63,769 nt of DNA, filler included, from Octopus bimaculoides (GCF_001194135.2; 4 parts of 4 records of this genome joined end to end with filler, not necessarily neighbours in it), one strand, 5' to 3'; positions 1 through 24,445 are shown, counted from the first letter of the whole stretch. Notes: generated from the sequence alone by a model not told the origin. Numbers and translations: made by a program.

Positions 1-482
1 CAATTGTCTTCCACGTTGTATGATGCTATATCCCCTTCTATTTCATCAAATGCTTCAAGTAACTTGTCTCTAAGTCTCTGTCCATTTGCAGGGTCTTTAA
101 GTTTCCATACCCTTCTCCTCCAGGCCGGTCTACTTCTGGGTATCCATATTGCCTTGATCTCGAAGTCGCTAACTACTAATCTGTGTTGGGGTGTACATTC
201 TTCGCTAGGGAGGGTTTTGGCATTTATAAGCCGCCCTCTTTCTCTAGTTCTGGCGAGGATGTAGTCGATTTGGCTAGAGTGTCTGCCGGATTGGTAGGTG
301 ACTAGGTGACAGGCAGGTTTCCTGAAGTTGGTATTGCAAACCATAAGATCGGTTGCATCACAGAACTCCAGCAGTTTGGTTCCCTCCTTGTTGCGGGAAC
401 CGAAGCCATAGCCTCCATGTATGCCATGGAAGCCTCCAGCACGACGTCCGACATGACCATTGAAGTCACCAGCCACAAAGAG
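1..482 (-). mobile_element. RTE-clade LINE fragment, AP-endonuclease domain
   Basis: Minus-strand translation gives VAGDFNGHVG...GGYGFGSRNKEGTKLLEFCDATDLMVCNTNFRKPACHLVTYQSGRHSSQIDYIL. These are the GDFN, GYGFG-RN-EG and SQIDYIL motifs of RTE endonucleases. It degenerates toward position 1 and is cut by the gap at 483. Confidence 0.85.
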
Positions 483-929
483 NNNNNNNNNNNNNNNNNN
501 NNNNNNNNNNNNNNNNNNNNNNNNNNNNNNNNNNNNNNNNNNNNNNNNNNNNNNNNNNNNNNNNNNNNNNNNNNNNNNNNNNNNNNNNNNNNNNNNNNNN
601 NNNNNNNNNNNNNNNNNNNNNNNNNNNNNNNNNNNNNNNNNNNNNNNNNNNNNNNNNNNNNNNNNNNNNNNNNNNNNNNNNNNNNNNNNNNNNNNNNNNN
701 NNNNNNNNNNNNNNNNNNNNNNNNNNNNNNNNNNNNNNNNNNNNNNNNNNNNNNNNNNNNNNNNNNNNNNNNNNNNNNNNNNNNNNNNNNNNNNNNNNNN
801 NNNNNNNNNNNNNNNNNNNNNNNNNNNNNNNNNNNNNNNNNNNNNNNNNNNNNNNNNNNNNNNNNNNNNNNNNNNNNNNNNNNNNNNNNNNNNNNNNNNN
901 NNNNACGCCCCCGATTCCCTCAGTGTTCC

Positions 930-1075
930 CTGCCCGTTTCATGAAAACATATCTGGGCATAAGGAAATATTGTCTTGCTTGGAAATAGGTGAGACTTAAG
1001 TGACAAGAAGGGCATCCAGCTGTAAAACATCTACTTCAATGAATTCCATCCAGCATACGTGAGCATGGAAAATGT
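930..1075 (+). mobile_element. Short dispersed repeat sharing the RTE-like 3' end family (aagaagggcatccagctgtaaaa...agcatggaaa)
   Basis: Shares the GGAAGGGCATCCAG...CCCATGCTAGCATGG core with copies at 1.7, 8.1, 15.5, 16.2 and 25.7 kb. Confidence 0.6.
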
Positions 1076-1119
1076 TTATTACTCTCTATGTATGTATATT
1101 TACACACACACACACACAC

Positions 1120-1436
1120 ACAAGATAAAGTAATTAAGGGTATGAAGACAGGGAAAGCCCCTGGCCCATCAGGAATCACCACAGAGATGCTTAAAATATC
1201 GGGCGGTGTCAGCTATAGTCTAGTCTCCCATATAGTCAATCAAGTGATACATGAAGGAGTCATACCCAATGACTAGTGTAGCAACACTGTAATCAACTGT
1301 TACAAAGGTAAAGGTGATGCATTAGATACAAATAATTACAGAGGTATCAAGTTGTTGGATCAGGTAATGAAAGTCACAGAGAGGGTCATAGCCCTACTAA
1401 TTAGGGAGAGAGTTAGTTTAGATGAGATGCAGTTTG
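1120..1436 (+). mobile_element. RTE-clade LINE fragment, N-terminal reverse transcriptase
   Basis: DKVIKGMKTGKAPGPSGITTEMLK...ND*CSNTVINCYKGKGDALDTNNYRGIKLLDQVMKVTERVI...LDEMQF. Carries the KAPG-(D/S)GI and K-KGD...NYRGI-LL RT motifs, with one internal stop. Confidence 0.85.
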
Positions 1437-1669
1437 TAGCTTCTATGCTGGAGTGAAGGCAGTATGTTCTTTGTCTATCTCCTTAACTTCTTGGAGATTT
1501 TAGGCATAATTATACTAATGCGTCCATCTGTTTTAATTTAATTAAATTCTATGTCTTTGTGCAGCTGAGGATTGCTCTGCATTTAAACTGATGTAATGAT
1601 TGCATTGTTCAATTAAATGGAGTTGCATGAAATGATCGTACTGCATTACCTCTGTAAAAAACATCATTT

Positions 1670-1895
1670 GAGCATGGCCGTTGCCAGTACCACAGGACTG
1701 GCCCTTGTGCCGGTGGTATGTAAAAAGCACCCACTACACTCTCGGAGTGGTTGGCATTAGGAAGGGCATCCAGTTGCAGAAACTCTGCCAGATCAGATTG
1801 GAGTCTGGTGTAGCCATCTGATTCGCCAATCCCCAGTCAAATCGTCCAACCCATGCTAACATGGAAAGCAGATGTTAAATGATGATGATGATGAT
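1670..1895 (+). mobile_element. RTE-type 3' end / SINE with (GAT)n tail
   Basis: aaaagcacccactacactctcggagtggttggcattaggaagggcatccag...ccaacccatgctaacatggaaagcagatgttaaa(tga)n. At least six recognisable copies in the window. Confidence 0.75.
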
Positions 1896-1919
1896 ATATA
1901 TATATATATATGTATGTGT

Positions 1920-2110
1920 GTGTCTATGTTTGTGTTTGTCCCCCCACCATCGCTTGACAACCGATGTTGGTGTGTTTACGTCCCCGTGACTTAACGGTTC
2001 GGCAAAAAAGTCCGATAGAATAAGCTTACAAAGAATAAGTCCTGGGGTTGATTTTGCTCGACTAAAGGCGGTGCACCAGCATGGCCACAGTCACATGACT
2101 GAAACAAATA
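1920..2110 (+). mobile_element. 3' half of SINE family A (follows a microsatellite)
   Basis: ccatcgcttgacaaccgatgttggtgtgtttacgtcccc...gctcgactaaaggcggtgcaccagcatggcc. Same block at 38160, 46385 and 54895 (+) and at 2150, 51065 and 52945 (-). Confidence 0.75.
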
Positions 2111-2149
2111 AATGAATATATAACACATTCTTTCTCTCTCACACCTTTT

Positions 2150-2335
2150 ATTTGTTTCAGTCATTGGACGGCGTCCATGCTGGAGTACCGCCTCGAAAAA
2201 TTTACTCGAACAAATCGATCCCAGTAATTTTGTTTTTTTAGATTTGGTACTTATTTTGTCGGTCTCTCTTCCAAAACTGTTAAGTTACCAGGACATAAAC
2301 AAACCAACACTGGTTGTTAAGCAGAGAGTGGAACA
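2150..2335 (-). mobile_element. 3' half of SINE family A, inverted copy
   Basis: Reverse complement of the block at 1920-2110 (tttcagtcattggac...ccatgctggagtaccgcc...ggtacttatt). Confidence 0.65.
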
Positions 2336-2357
2336 TAGACGAACAAAATAGATAAGT

Positions 2358-2390
<33 letters not shown>

Positions 2391-2679
2391 AAGAAAGAGT
2401 GTGTGTGTGTGTGTGTGTCAGGGGATATTTTGGCTTGCAATTAGGCATTTCTTGCGTTTGGGAGAGTGTAATTAGTTGGAATTTTTTGTTCTCCCAGTAC
2501 TGTTGATTAAAACAAGACGGTGAGAGACTACATTTTGAAGTAAAATAATGTAAGTTATTCAATTCAAGAATGAATGGTAGCAATAACAATAATATTAAAG
2601 AAATTTAGACAGTATTGTTATAGCTATAACAATCTTGATTCTTGTATTTTGGAAGTGATTTCTGTAATAGAACAAAAAT

Positions 2680-3234
2680 CCTAGCCGGCTATCAAATAAA
2701 ACAATACTAGCTGCTGATTGACTGAAGTGAAAGTAACATTTTAAACTTAAAAGATCGCCGCTAGAAAATCGAATCTATATGGTATTCATTAGTCAACAGC
2801 GAAATATCTTAAAAGTCTCTTCTTTACCTATAGCTATCCACTAAAAAAAAAAACCAAAAAAAAAAAACCGAATAAGTAAAAGAAAACTAATAGTCAAGAA
2901 ATAAGTAAAATGTAAAAATGTATAATGAAAATAAAAACAACTCTAATATAAGCCTCGTATTCTTGAAGCAATATTTTAAAACCGATAGCCATCCATACAT
3001 TTACTTTCATACGCAACAGCAGTATTGATATTATTTTGGGTTGATTAATAAAATCATTCAAAATTTATCTATAATTTATATTTAAAATTAATATGAAATT
3101 TCACTGAAATGATTTTGAAATCTTAAAAAAATAAGCGAAGTTGAATTTTATCAGAGAAAAGTTGATTCATTCTTGCATTTTCTGCTGTATTGTAGTTTCC
3201 GGTGAATCTACTTTTCATTTAGAAAAACGCCAAC
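2680..3234 (+). promoter_or_regulatory. PSMD6: Probable PSMD6 promoter / 5' region
   Basis: CpG-retaining stretch directly upstream of the ATG, contrasting with the CpG-poor gene body. ETS-like TTCCGG at 3197-3202. The TSS cannot be located from sequence. Confidence 0.4.
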
Positions 3235-14630
<11,396 letters not shown>

Positions 14631-15179
14631 GAATAGAAGAACCAGTGTTTCCAATAGTCAGTTTGCTTCAGTTCTTACTTTCATAGGATGATGTACATAT
14701 AATGCAGTGACTATATGAAAGAGATATTTACATTAAGAATAATTTAAGAAATCCAGCTTAAATTATTTCCAGCCATATCATGAAAAGATGTGATGGATCC
14801 CACTGGAAAGAATTCTTTAGCCCACTCTCTCTTTGAAATACCATGAACTATTACCATTCTGATTAACTGCTTCACCATTTTAACATGACTGATCAATTAT
14901 TTTCTGTAACCATAAGATAAATTTGAACACTTCAAGTTTTTGTCAGTCTTGCTGTAGATTAAGAGCTTGAGTATTTGTGGATACTATTAGCAATTTTTGT
15001 ACTGCAACCAGAACTAAAACAAGGGATTGGTTAACTTTTTTTTGTTTTGTTTTTGTTTTTTTTTGCTGGGATTCATTTACATCTATTGCAGTCATTTATA
15101 CCTTCTGTAATCATTTTCATGTCTATCAATTAACTTCTTGACTGATAATTGACTGTTATTAGAACCATTTTACTAATTA

Positions 15180-15185
15180 AATAAA
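15180..15185 (+). terminator. PSMD6: Candidate polyadenylation signal of PSMD6 (3' UTR about 550 nt)
   Basis: AATAAA followed about 35 nt later by GT/T-rich ttgttgtgttttattta. Confidence 0.55.
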
Positions 15186-15314
15186 AATGACTCAATTATT
15201 TACTCTTTTCACAAAAACCTTTGTTGTGTTTTATTTATCATGTCTGTTATCTTTTTTAATTACCTTTGAACCTTGAACCTCACAGAGGCCTTTGGCAATA
15301 AGCTATGCTTAAGA

Positions 15315-15668
15315 GGACCCATCAAGCCAAGTGCACCTGTGCTGATGGCACGTAAAGAACACCTGTTGAGCATTGGGCCTCACTGAGTTCCTTTTGAATG
15401 TTGGGTCTCATGGAGGCAATGACCAAGACCTTTAGCATTATGTTGTGCTTGAGAAGACCATCAAGCCAAGCAAAATTGCAATCGTGGCAGATACCAGTGT
15501 CACGCAAATGGCACCCATGATAATTCTCAGAGTGGTTGGTGTTAGGAAGGGCAACCAGCCATAGAAAACCATGCCAAATCAGACTGGAGTCTGGTGCAGC
15601 GTGCTTGCCCAGCCAAACTGTCCAACCCATGCCAGTGTGGACAACAGACATTAAATGACGATGATGAT
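15315..15668 (+). mobile_element. RTE-type 3' end / SINE, longer copy with (GAT)n tail
   Basis: gtgctgatggcacgtaaagaacacc...gttaggaagggcaaccagcc...ccaacccatgccagtgtggacaacagacattaaatgacgatgat. Confidence 0.7.
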
Positions 15669-15879
15669 TTAATTTTATTTTAAGTGATGTATCAACCTAC
15701 TTGTCATGCTTTTCAACCAGTTTCTTATTGTAGGCTTTGTATTGTGTCTATCTTTTAATTACAGGCATATTATTTGTTAGCTTAGATGATTATAATGGTC
15801 AAGTGGCTAAAACATAGTTTTTGCTTCATTATCAGGGTTCTTTAGAACCTTTGTGCCCATGTCCTCAGGGGCTGGGCTA

Positions 15880-15990
15880 TGAAAAATAAAACTGGAACAA
15901 TGACCTCAAGGACTGGACAAGGAGGATCCTGGTGGAGTATATGGCTGCAGCATGAGACTGCAATATATGGAGAAAAATAGCAGTTGTGTT
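15880..15990 (+). mobile_element. LINE C-terminal coding remnant (RTE-like)
   Basis: Reads approximately NWNNDLKDWTRRILVEYMAAA*DCNIWRKIA, resembling the W-D-I/L-K-W...D-R--WR tail of RTE ORFs. Confidence 0.4.
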
Positions 15991-16194
15991 TGAGGCCCCT
16001 GACCCTCAGCCATAATGATGGGCATACCCATTCTTTCAATCAGATTAGAGATACTAAAACATAAATTGTTACTATAACTGTGAAAAGTATATTGAGTAGT
16101 TAGCTTAAAAACTCTTCAACATTTTGAATTGGATTTCTGAATAAATAAATAAGTCATCCTCCTTTTCCATCAATATACACTTAAAAGCATCCAG

Positions 16195-16353
16195 TCCACA
16201 CTGTAAAGTGGTTGGTGTTAGGAAGGACATCCAGCTGTAAAAATTTTGCCAAAACAGTCACAGAAGTCTGGCGCAGGCTTTGGCCTGGCTGACTCTTGTA
16301 GAACTGTCCCACCCATGCTAGCATGGAACATGGACGTTAAATGATGATGATGA
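16195..16353 (+). mobile_element. RTE-type 3' end / SINE with (GAT)n tail
   Basis: ctgtaaagtggttggtgttaggaaggacatccagctgtaaaa...cccatgctagcatggaacatggacgttaaa(tga)n. Confidence 0.7.
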
Positions 16354-18339
16354 TACAATATTGAATTCTTCTGAAGTGGAGGAAAACAAAATTGGATTGG
16401 AATTACTCTCATATTTCACAAGATATATGGAAATCAAGGTTCCTGGTTGGATTTTAAACTCAGAACTAATATGTACCAAACTGATTAATATTAAAAGCAT
16501 CTGGCATGATATTTTATTGTAGTCATATGTAGCATTGCCAATGAAATCTCTGTTGTTTACAATCATTAAAATACTTATTTGAAATAATTCTTTACTACAA
16601 TTAACTATTTTTTATTTTTTTGAATTAATTTTGTTTTGGTTTGTAAAAAGAGATCATGCCCATGACCTTCACAGGCTAAACTGGTGAGATTGATAGAGTT
16701 GATTGATATTGTTGAACAATACAAATTGATGGCTTGTGGAAAAGTGAGTTGAGTGAATTGTAAAGGAGTGGTGTTCCGAGAAAGAACTTTGGCAAAATGT
16801 TTAGTGTAAAGTTTACGAGGGACAACAACATGCAAAGGACTAAGTTTAATTTACTAACAAAACTTAGCTCATTTTATTTTTACCTTTTCTTCAGTGACAT
16901 GAAAAATTTATATTTCTAATGCACATGAAGTTGGGGTTCTGTAGAGATTATGTATTTTAAAATTCTGATGCATATAATCCTTAAAGATCTCATTAAATAA
17001 TTTTATAGTATTGTCATTCTTTCTTTCATAATATGTAAAACCACTTTTAATGTTGGAAAGAAAAAGTGTTTTAAAATGTTCAGAAACATGCTTTATTTCA
17101 AATACTTTTTAATAATTTTTTTTAGAAATAGTTCTTCATAATACCAAATTTAGTTTTGGACTTTATTGGGCTGGTATAGTTTCACATATTTTGGTCGACA
17201 CATTGCACATGCTTATGGTATAACTGCAGTGTAGCTGTGCGCTTAATAAAATGAAATAAAATCTTTATTATATGTCATTGGAAAGTTACAAATATGGAAA
17301 ATAATTTGGTGAAAAGGAGGGCCTTCTCTGTTGCAGGAATACCTTTTGGTCACCAATAGTACTAGTTCATTACTCTTTTTCTCTTTTTTATGCAAGTATT
17401 TTCATTGCCTTATTCAAAAGCTCCATTGTTTAGCAGTTGGTTAATGTAAGCATTGATTATATTAATAATTGAACAAAATTCCTAAGTGCTAATCTCTCCT
17501 GTCACAACATACTAAGAAAACAAATATTCCATAGCATATAATAGGTTACAAAATAAGCCATGCTTCTAGGCAAAGAAGAAAAATTACTGGTGTCTTCAGC
17601 AAAAAGCCTATTTGTTGCTTATTTCTTGGCCAAGTGTGATTGAACTGACCTATAGTTTGAAACATTCTAGCAGTGACTGTCCCATATTTTTAAGAAATGT
17701 GTCCTTTCTTGGTTAACATTGTGCAGTATGTATTGAAAGAAAATTGGCTGCATTTTGTAGCAGGTTGATTGAAAATGCTTTAATTAGCCATTTTTACCCT
17801 TGAAGGTGAGTCATAGTTGATTCAAAAAAGAGATGTCACTTGAAAGGTTGCATTTAGTAAGGAACTTAAGTTTGATCTCAGCAGAATTTAGACTCAGGAC
17901 ATCAGGGATGAAACCCATTTAATCTATTACTTTACTATGTTAGCTACCTCTATCAATTTTGTAAACTGAAGTTATGGGAAGAAAACTAAAACAAACAATA
18001 ACTAAATAACATTTTTTTAAGTGTGAGTTCAGTAATAATAGATACACAAGATTGCATAACTGTCAGAACAGCTTCATATTTTTTTCTTCTTGAATTCTTA
18101 AATTCCAAACAATTTATTTTGGTTGATTTTATATCATTCTAGAATTAAAAGTGAACATTAATTGTAGGAAAGCCTAAAAATGGGTTGGAATGTATCTCCT
18201 CAGATTTAAATAATCAAAAGAAAATTTTGTTTGTTTAAATGAACTTTTATAATGGATTAGCCAACCAGAAAGTTTGCCTCTGTTAAATACTTATTTAGCT
18301 AAGAAAATTGGATGAAGAGCTGAAGGAATAATTCTATCT

Positions 18340-18470
18340 AATTTTGGCACAAGGCCAGCAGTTTTTTGAGGGGAGGTGTAAGTTGATTACGTTGACCCAG
18401 TACCTGAATGGTACTAGTTTTATCAACTCCAAAAAGGGCAATGTTGACCTTGCTGAGATTAAAGGAGCCA
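18340..18470 (-). mobile_element. tRNA-derived SINE family B, CpG-decayed
   Basis: Aligns to the 50715-50905 copy; gtcgacctcggcgg has become gttgaccttgctga. Confidence 0.6.
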
Positions 18471-19144
18471 CGGAAAATGCCGCTGTTGCAAGAATAATAT
18501 GAAGTACTACCATTTAAATGTAAATTTCCAGTACGTTTGGGTCTAAAACTGGAAATTGTTTTGGTTCTCCACATATAACCTTTCATTAACTTGATAAGTA
18601 TGAACATTTTCGATATTCAGATTTTCAATTTTCATGCATTCATTTCAATAGATTTAGCAAAATAAAGGAAGGACTTTAATATATGTTGTATTAAGGGAAA
18701 CAGTTATCTGACTAATAAGTCAGACAAGATGGGATATTCTTTTTTGTGAGGAAGTGGGAGAATCAATTTTAAATATTTGGAAGACAGAGCAAATAAAATA
18801 TCTTTGTAACATTATTCTCTCATCAATACAGAATGGGTTTCTATAACCACAGCATTTACAAAAAATTAATTAAAAAAAGTTCAGTGATTAAAAAATAAGC
18901 CTTTATTTAGCCTGTTACAGCAGTAAGCAAACATATGCTTGACGACAGCCAAATGGGGTGATAAACATTGTGTAAATATATATATATATATGTATATGTT
19001 ACAAGATCTAAAGGAAGGCCATTTATAAAGAGGCAAGACTGAAGCCAGAGACAATAAAAATAAATTAAAATGTAAAATAATATAAAAAAAAAATTTGAAG
19101 CTATGCAATGAATTGACAAATGTATTTGCTTATCTGATCACTAA

Positions 19145-19347
19145 TTGCCAGGATATCTTAGTTAATAGTGTGTGTGTGTGTATATATATATATACGCACA
19201 CATACACACACATATATATATATATATATATACATATGCATATATATACATACATATGCATATATATACATACATATACATATATATATACATACATATA
19301 CACATACATATATATATATATATATATACATATATATACATACATAC

Positions 19348-19385
<38 letters not shown>

Positions 19386-19423
19386 NNNNNNNNNNNNNNN
19401 NNNNNNNNNNNNNNNNNNNNNNN

Positions 19424-19454
<31 letters not shown>

Positions 19455-19545
19455 CAGATATACATATACATACATATATATACGCATATATACATATATG
19501 TACATACATACACACACACGCATGTACACGCACACATATACAACT
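19145..19545. repeat. Compound (TA)n/(CA)n/(TACA)n microsatellite with gap
   Basis: Pure low-complexity sequence. Representative of many similar tracts (20.1, 22.6-22.9, 23.5, 31.9-32.1, 33.4, 43.1, 45.3, 51.0-51.7, 52.5-52.9, 61.3 kb) that generate the YI/HT/CV pseudo-ORFs. Confidence 0.95.
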
Positions 19546-20149
19546 GAAAATGAGATCTAATGAGCCATTCGTTCGTTAGTTCAAAGCTATCTCTTGATAA
19601 ATTCTTGCATTGAAGCCATAACAAGAAAATCTTTTTTGTATGTTAAGAATCTGATGCATCTGAGAATAGCAAATAAATAAAACAGAGCATTCTTTATAGT
19701 GGGCATCTTACTGATAATCACTGCCAATTTTTTTAATTCTGTAGACCAGTTGCAAACAAGGAACCAGTATTGGTGAATTTTCCTTGTCTTTTTACCTCAT
19801 AGATATTGTAATAATTTTTACACTATCTTTCTATCGATCTATTCTGATTGTCTTCAGATGCCATTTTTCAGTACACATACATCCTTTGACTAGATTTGAC
19901 CTCAGAATATTTATTTCTACTTCTAGGTTTTTTCAATGCTTTGCATTAAATATAGAAATTCTGAATTGAAATCTAGCAAAAGTATCTGTGTTTTATTTAT
20001 AAATAAGGGACTTGAAGATGACTGAAAAACGGACAGGTTAAAACTAAAGTGAGATTAATATAGTTCAGGAAACTGAAATCATGAGTTAGTTACCTCGTAT
20101 CACAATTGGTATGGTAATACACATATGCATACACAAATACCCACATACG

Positions 20150-20225
<76 letters not shown>

Positions 20226-21546
20226 NNNNNNNNNNNNNNNNNNNNNNNNNNNNNNNNNNNNNNNNNNNNNNNNNNNNNNNNNNNNNNNNNNNNNNNNNNN
20301 NNNNNNNNNNNNNNNNNNNNNNNNNNNNNNNNNNNNNNNNNNNNNNNNNNNNNNNNNNNNNNNNNNNNNNNNNNNNNNNNNNNNNNNNNNNNNNNNNNNN
20401 NNNNNNNNNNNNNNNNNNNNNNNNNNNNNNNNNNNNNNNNNNNNNNNNNNNNNNNNNNNNNNNNNNNNNNNNNNNNNNNNNNNNNNNNNNNNNNNNNNNN
20501 NNNNNNNNNNNNNNNNNNNNNNNNNNNNNNNNNNNNNNNNNNNNNNNNNNNNNCATGTCAACCTTGATTGAGAAAAACCTATGGTCAAAAGCATTGCAAT
20601 TATTACAATCTGATCATTTTAGGGTTATCTCAGATTATATTATCTAATGTGCCTTTCTTTAGGTCAGAAGTGGAGGCAGATTGAGCAACCATGAAGAGGT
20701 TCCCTCACTGGTTTGTAACCATTCAAATTTCTTATGTATGTGAAGTGTCATTTATAATATCCACATCAGGAGAATCTCTTTTAAATTTCATTCCGAAGAC
20801 TTTGAATATGTGGCAAACAGGTTGAGATTCAGAATTTATGTATAGGATTGAAGTTGATATGTAGAGCTTTTCTGCAATATGGAGAAATGACTTTAAAATG
20901 CATTGATAATAGGAATGGACATATCTAAAGATTCTAGAACATTAGTTTTGAAATGATCAGCTCATTCTGTCAGTTCCAAGCGGAAATGAATGTGGAATTT
21001 TGAAAATTATTTTGAAATGAAGAGATGAAAGACAGAATACTGACACTAATACAGTTCATTTTGCTTAGGATGTATATCATGTAGAAATGGACCAGCTATT
21101 AAAAGACCAATCACATTCATATCCTTAATTCATTTTTAATGAGATTTTACTGACATATTTGATATAGTGAATGACACTTGGTATTGCAATTTTTAACTTT
21201 CATCCACTGACAGAGACAATCATCTTAGTGTATGACTTTGTAATTCTAGTTAACATACATGCAAGTACAAGACACTATATACTTTTACAAGTGTGTATCA
21301 AGCACTCATCATTTTGTTCAAGAAAAACTATACAGAAACAATGAATGTGTGTGTGTGTATGTACATGTATATATGCGCACACACACACTCACACACATAA
21401 ACTGTGCTTGTATAAGTCAGAAAATGTATATGTGTAAAGGTGTGTATATGCATGTGTAATTTTGGGTCCAGTGATGAGTATGCTTGGCAAATGCCACCCA
21501 CATGAAAACTTTGGATATGAGGAAATAATCTGTTTTACCAAAACAC

Positions 21547-21583
<37 letters not shown>

Positions 21584-21965
21584 CGTGGGGGTGCTGAAAA
21601 GTTCCTGGCTTTAAAGATATCGCGAAAAGCCTGGTTGGAGGCCAAACTTTTTGACTTCCTTTACAGGGCTTAGAAAAACTGAAGGACTGTTGCAATAAGT
21701 GTGTGAATCTGAGGGGAATATGTTGGATAAAATCATAATTAAGCGATCCTCCTGTATTTTCTTTTACCCAAAGCCAGGANNNNNNNNNNCGAAAAGCCTG
21801 GTTGGAGGCCAAACTTTTTGACTTCCTTTACAGGGCTTAGAAAAACTGAAGGACTGTTGCAATAAGTGTGTGAATCTGAGGGGAATATGTTGGATAAAAT
21901 CATAATTAAGCGATCCTCCTGTATTTTCTTTTACCCAAAGCCAGGAACTTTTCAGCACCACCTCT
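21584..21965 (+). mobile_element. Mariner internal-deletion derivative (MITE)
   Basis: TA-flanked ~29-bp TIRs (cgtgggggtgctgaaaagttcctggcttt / aaagccaggaacttttcagcaccacctct). The interior retains the transposase C-terminus (LQGLEKLKDCCNKCVNLRG). The interior is duplicated across a 10-N gap. Confidence 0.8.
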
Positions 21966-22643
21966 TATATGTATGTATGTATATATATATATATATGTAT
22001 GTATATATATATGAGGGTGAGTATGCATGTATACACACAGACTTTTTTTATATATATATATATATATATATGATGTGGGCCATTCCCTGGTAGCAACAAT
22101 GCTGCTTGGCACCGCTGGATGGAGGGGATAGTGTTGTAAGTTACTGAAATTATTGTAACCTCCAGTCAACAGCTGATAAAAGGAATGTCCATCAGTGCAA
22201 GCTGTATGTAAAATATAAATAATATATACAGACACTTAAAACATGATTAGACATGAGTTTAAAAAATGTAAAACACTAAGATAGAAAACCAATGTTCAAA
22301 TATTCATAATATTTCTTTTCTATCTTTAATCATTTTGACAGACCACGCAGAAAGGACTGGCAATTTCATTTTATTGGTTCTTTCTTTTTTTTTTTTTACT
22401 ATTTTTGTTTTTCTTTTTGTGACAGGCGAAACTTAGGAATTTAAAAGGTTGAATATATTAAAAAAGTTGTCGCGATATAATGGAATAATTTTTTTTTTCG
22501 TTTAGCAAAATCTAAATTGAGATTTTGAGATTCCAAACCTAATATTGTTAGATCCTCTTCCCAACATTGACTGTATCTGCAAAATTGTCATACCTACAGT
22601 ATTTTATGATCATGTTGAAAGAGGGTGATATATATCTATATAC

Positions 22644-22688
<45 letters not shown>

Positions 22689-22838
22689 CGTCTATATATA
22701 TAAATATATACATGTGTATACATATGTACACACATGTATATATATAATTATTATTAAAATAGTAAAGTTAATGTCTGGTCATATATATATGTATAGACAT
22801 ATATATACATACACATACATATGTAGACATACATGCAC

Positions 22839-22911
<73 letters not shown>

Positions 22912-22920
22912 CATATATGT

Positions 22921-23320
22921 ATTGTCAATGTATCATATATCTAGAAAAGAAGCGCATTCTAAAGTATAGAACAGTAAAGTATTAAAGGAATAAAGTTAAT
23001 GTCTGGTCAGAGAGTGACCAGTGGTTTCGCATTCATGAAAGCTGTAGCTTTGCAGACAACTCATCTATTCTCTAGTCTGAAGACAAATTTAACTCTTCAC
23101 CTCTGGACCATTGACTGTAACAGGTTTCTACCTCCTATAGGTGGAGGGTTAAATTAGTCTTGACACTAGAGTATAGATGACACGTCCTCAAAGCTACAGC
23201 CTTTGTGGATGTGAAACCATTGGTCACTCTATGACCAGGCATTAACTTTGTTACTTTAATACTTTACTGCTCTATGCTTTAGAATGTACTTCTTTTTTAG
23301 ATATATGATACATTGACAAT
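22921..23320. mobile_element. 400-bp foldback element: inverted pair of hammerhead-like units, abutting (TA)n
   Basis: Arms of about 180 bp (attgtcaatgtatcatatatctag... / ...ttagatatatgatacattgacaat). Hammerhead-like folds at 23010-23074 (-) and 23167-23231 (+). A partial extra copy lies at 22764-22781. Confidence 0.8.
23167..23231 (+). ncRNA. Hammerhead-like fold with atypical AUAGAUGA core
   Basis: UAGAGU-AUAGAUGA-c-ACGUCCuCAAAG(cuacagc)CUUUGuGGAUGU-GAAA-CC(auu)GG-U-C-ACUCUA. Perfect 6-bp stem I, long stem II, GUC triplet. Confidence 0.6.
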
Positions 23321-23471
23321 ATATGTATATATATGTAGACATATATACATATACATATATAAGAGCGTAGGCTTGAAACAAGACTTTCTCACCTTCCCAA
23401 GCGTTAAACTAATACACTTGTTTGTTGCTTGTACACCTGTTTTTGTCTTTTGTTTTTCTGTAAATTTCACT

Positions 23472-23555
<84 letters not shown>

Positions 23556-24329
23556 CATATATATATTTATTATTTATGTTGAATAGGGAACCAATTTTTG
23601 TATAAACTTTTTTTTTAGTTGTTGATTTTTGGGTAAAATGTTATCCTTGTTTTGAAGTTCAAAATAAAATTCACTTTAATCTTGAATTAAGTTAATATAA
23701 TCAGTATTAATTCTATAGTTTAAATATACTAAGACATATTTAAGCCATATGTTAAACTTGCAGTTCAATATCTAGTTTCTGCTGGCAACTGAGTTCGTAA
23801 AAAATCTTATATAATATATTGATTTTTTTCTGGTTAGGTACAAGTCTATTTTTGTAAAGGAGAATATAATTGAATCAATCTCAGTGTTCATTTTACCTAT
23901 TCTAGAAAGAAATATATTAGAGTCCAGTTGATCCTGCAGCTTTCAAATTCTGAATGCTGGCTTACTAAGCTAGATGTTGTCAAACATCGGTAGATCTAAT
24001 GCATCACTCAGCTTAATACTGTCACCTGGGTCTTGGTTACCTTCAGTGGAAACCATTCATTGGGAGCGTTCTGGTCAGATTTCTGGTCTGAGAATAACTT
24101 TTTCTCTTCCCCACTCTGGTTTTGGAGGCCCTGAAGATAAAATTCACAGGGGCTATCTTTTGACTAAGCCAATATATATATGTATATATTACAGAGATGT
24201 ACTTGCATAGCAAGTGACCTAATCTGAGATCGTGTGCTGGAACGAAAACAATTGCAGCATGGAAGGTGTTTATAAGCCATTTAAGAAACACACAAAAACC
24301 GTTAGATTCTCTTCAACATTCAAATTTAA

Positions 24330-24380
24330 TTTGCCAAAATATTTTCGTCGCTTTGAGACTGCGACCTGTTCACTGACAAA
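24330..24380 (-). ncRNA. Type I hammerhead with G3:C8-swapped core
   Basis: UUUGUCA-GUGAACA-g-GUCGC(agucucaaa)GCGAC-GAAA-A(ua)U-U-U-UGGCAAA. Stem I 7 bp, stem II 5 bp perfect, palindromic AAUAUU in stem III. Confidence 0.7.
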
Positions 24381-24445
24381 ATTCTGTGCTAGCACAGAAT
24401 TTTGTAAGAATTTTGCTAGCACAAAATTCTGTGCTAGCATAGAAT

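Noticed and set aside
16675-16743. AG...GT-bounded 69-nt open frame AKLVRLIELIDIVEQYKLMACGK on the plus strand
   Set aside because: Weak acceptor, no partner exons, and it lies downstream of the PSMD6 poly(A) signal.
18338-18607. 89-aa ORF that looks protein-like
   Set aside because: Its 3' half is a decayed family B SINE.
21621-21945. About 160-bp tandem duplication inside the mariner MITE
   Set aside because: The copies are identical and straddle a 10-N gap, so this is most likely overlapping contig ends.
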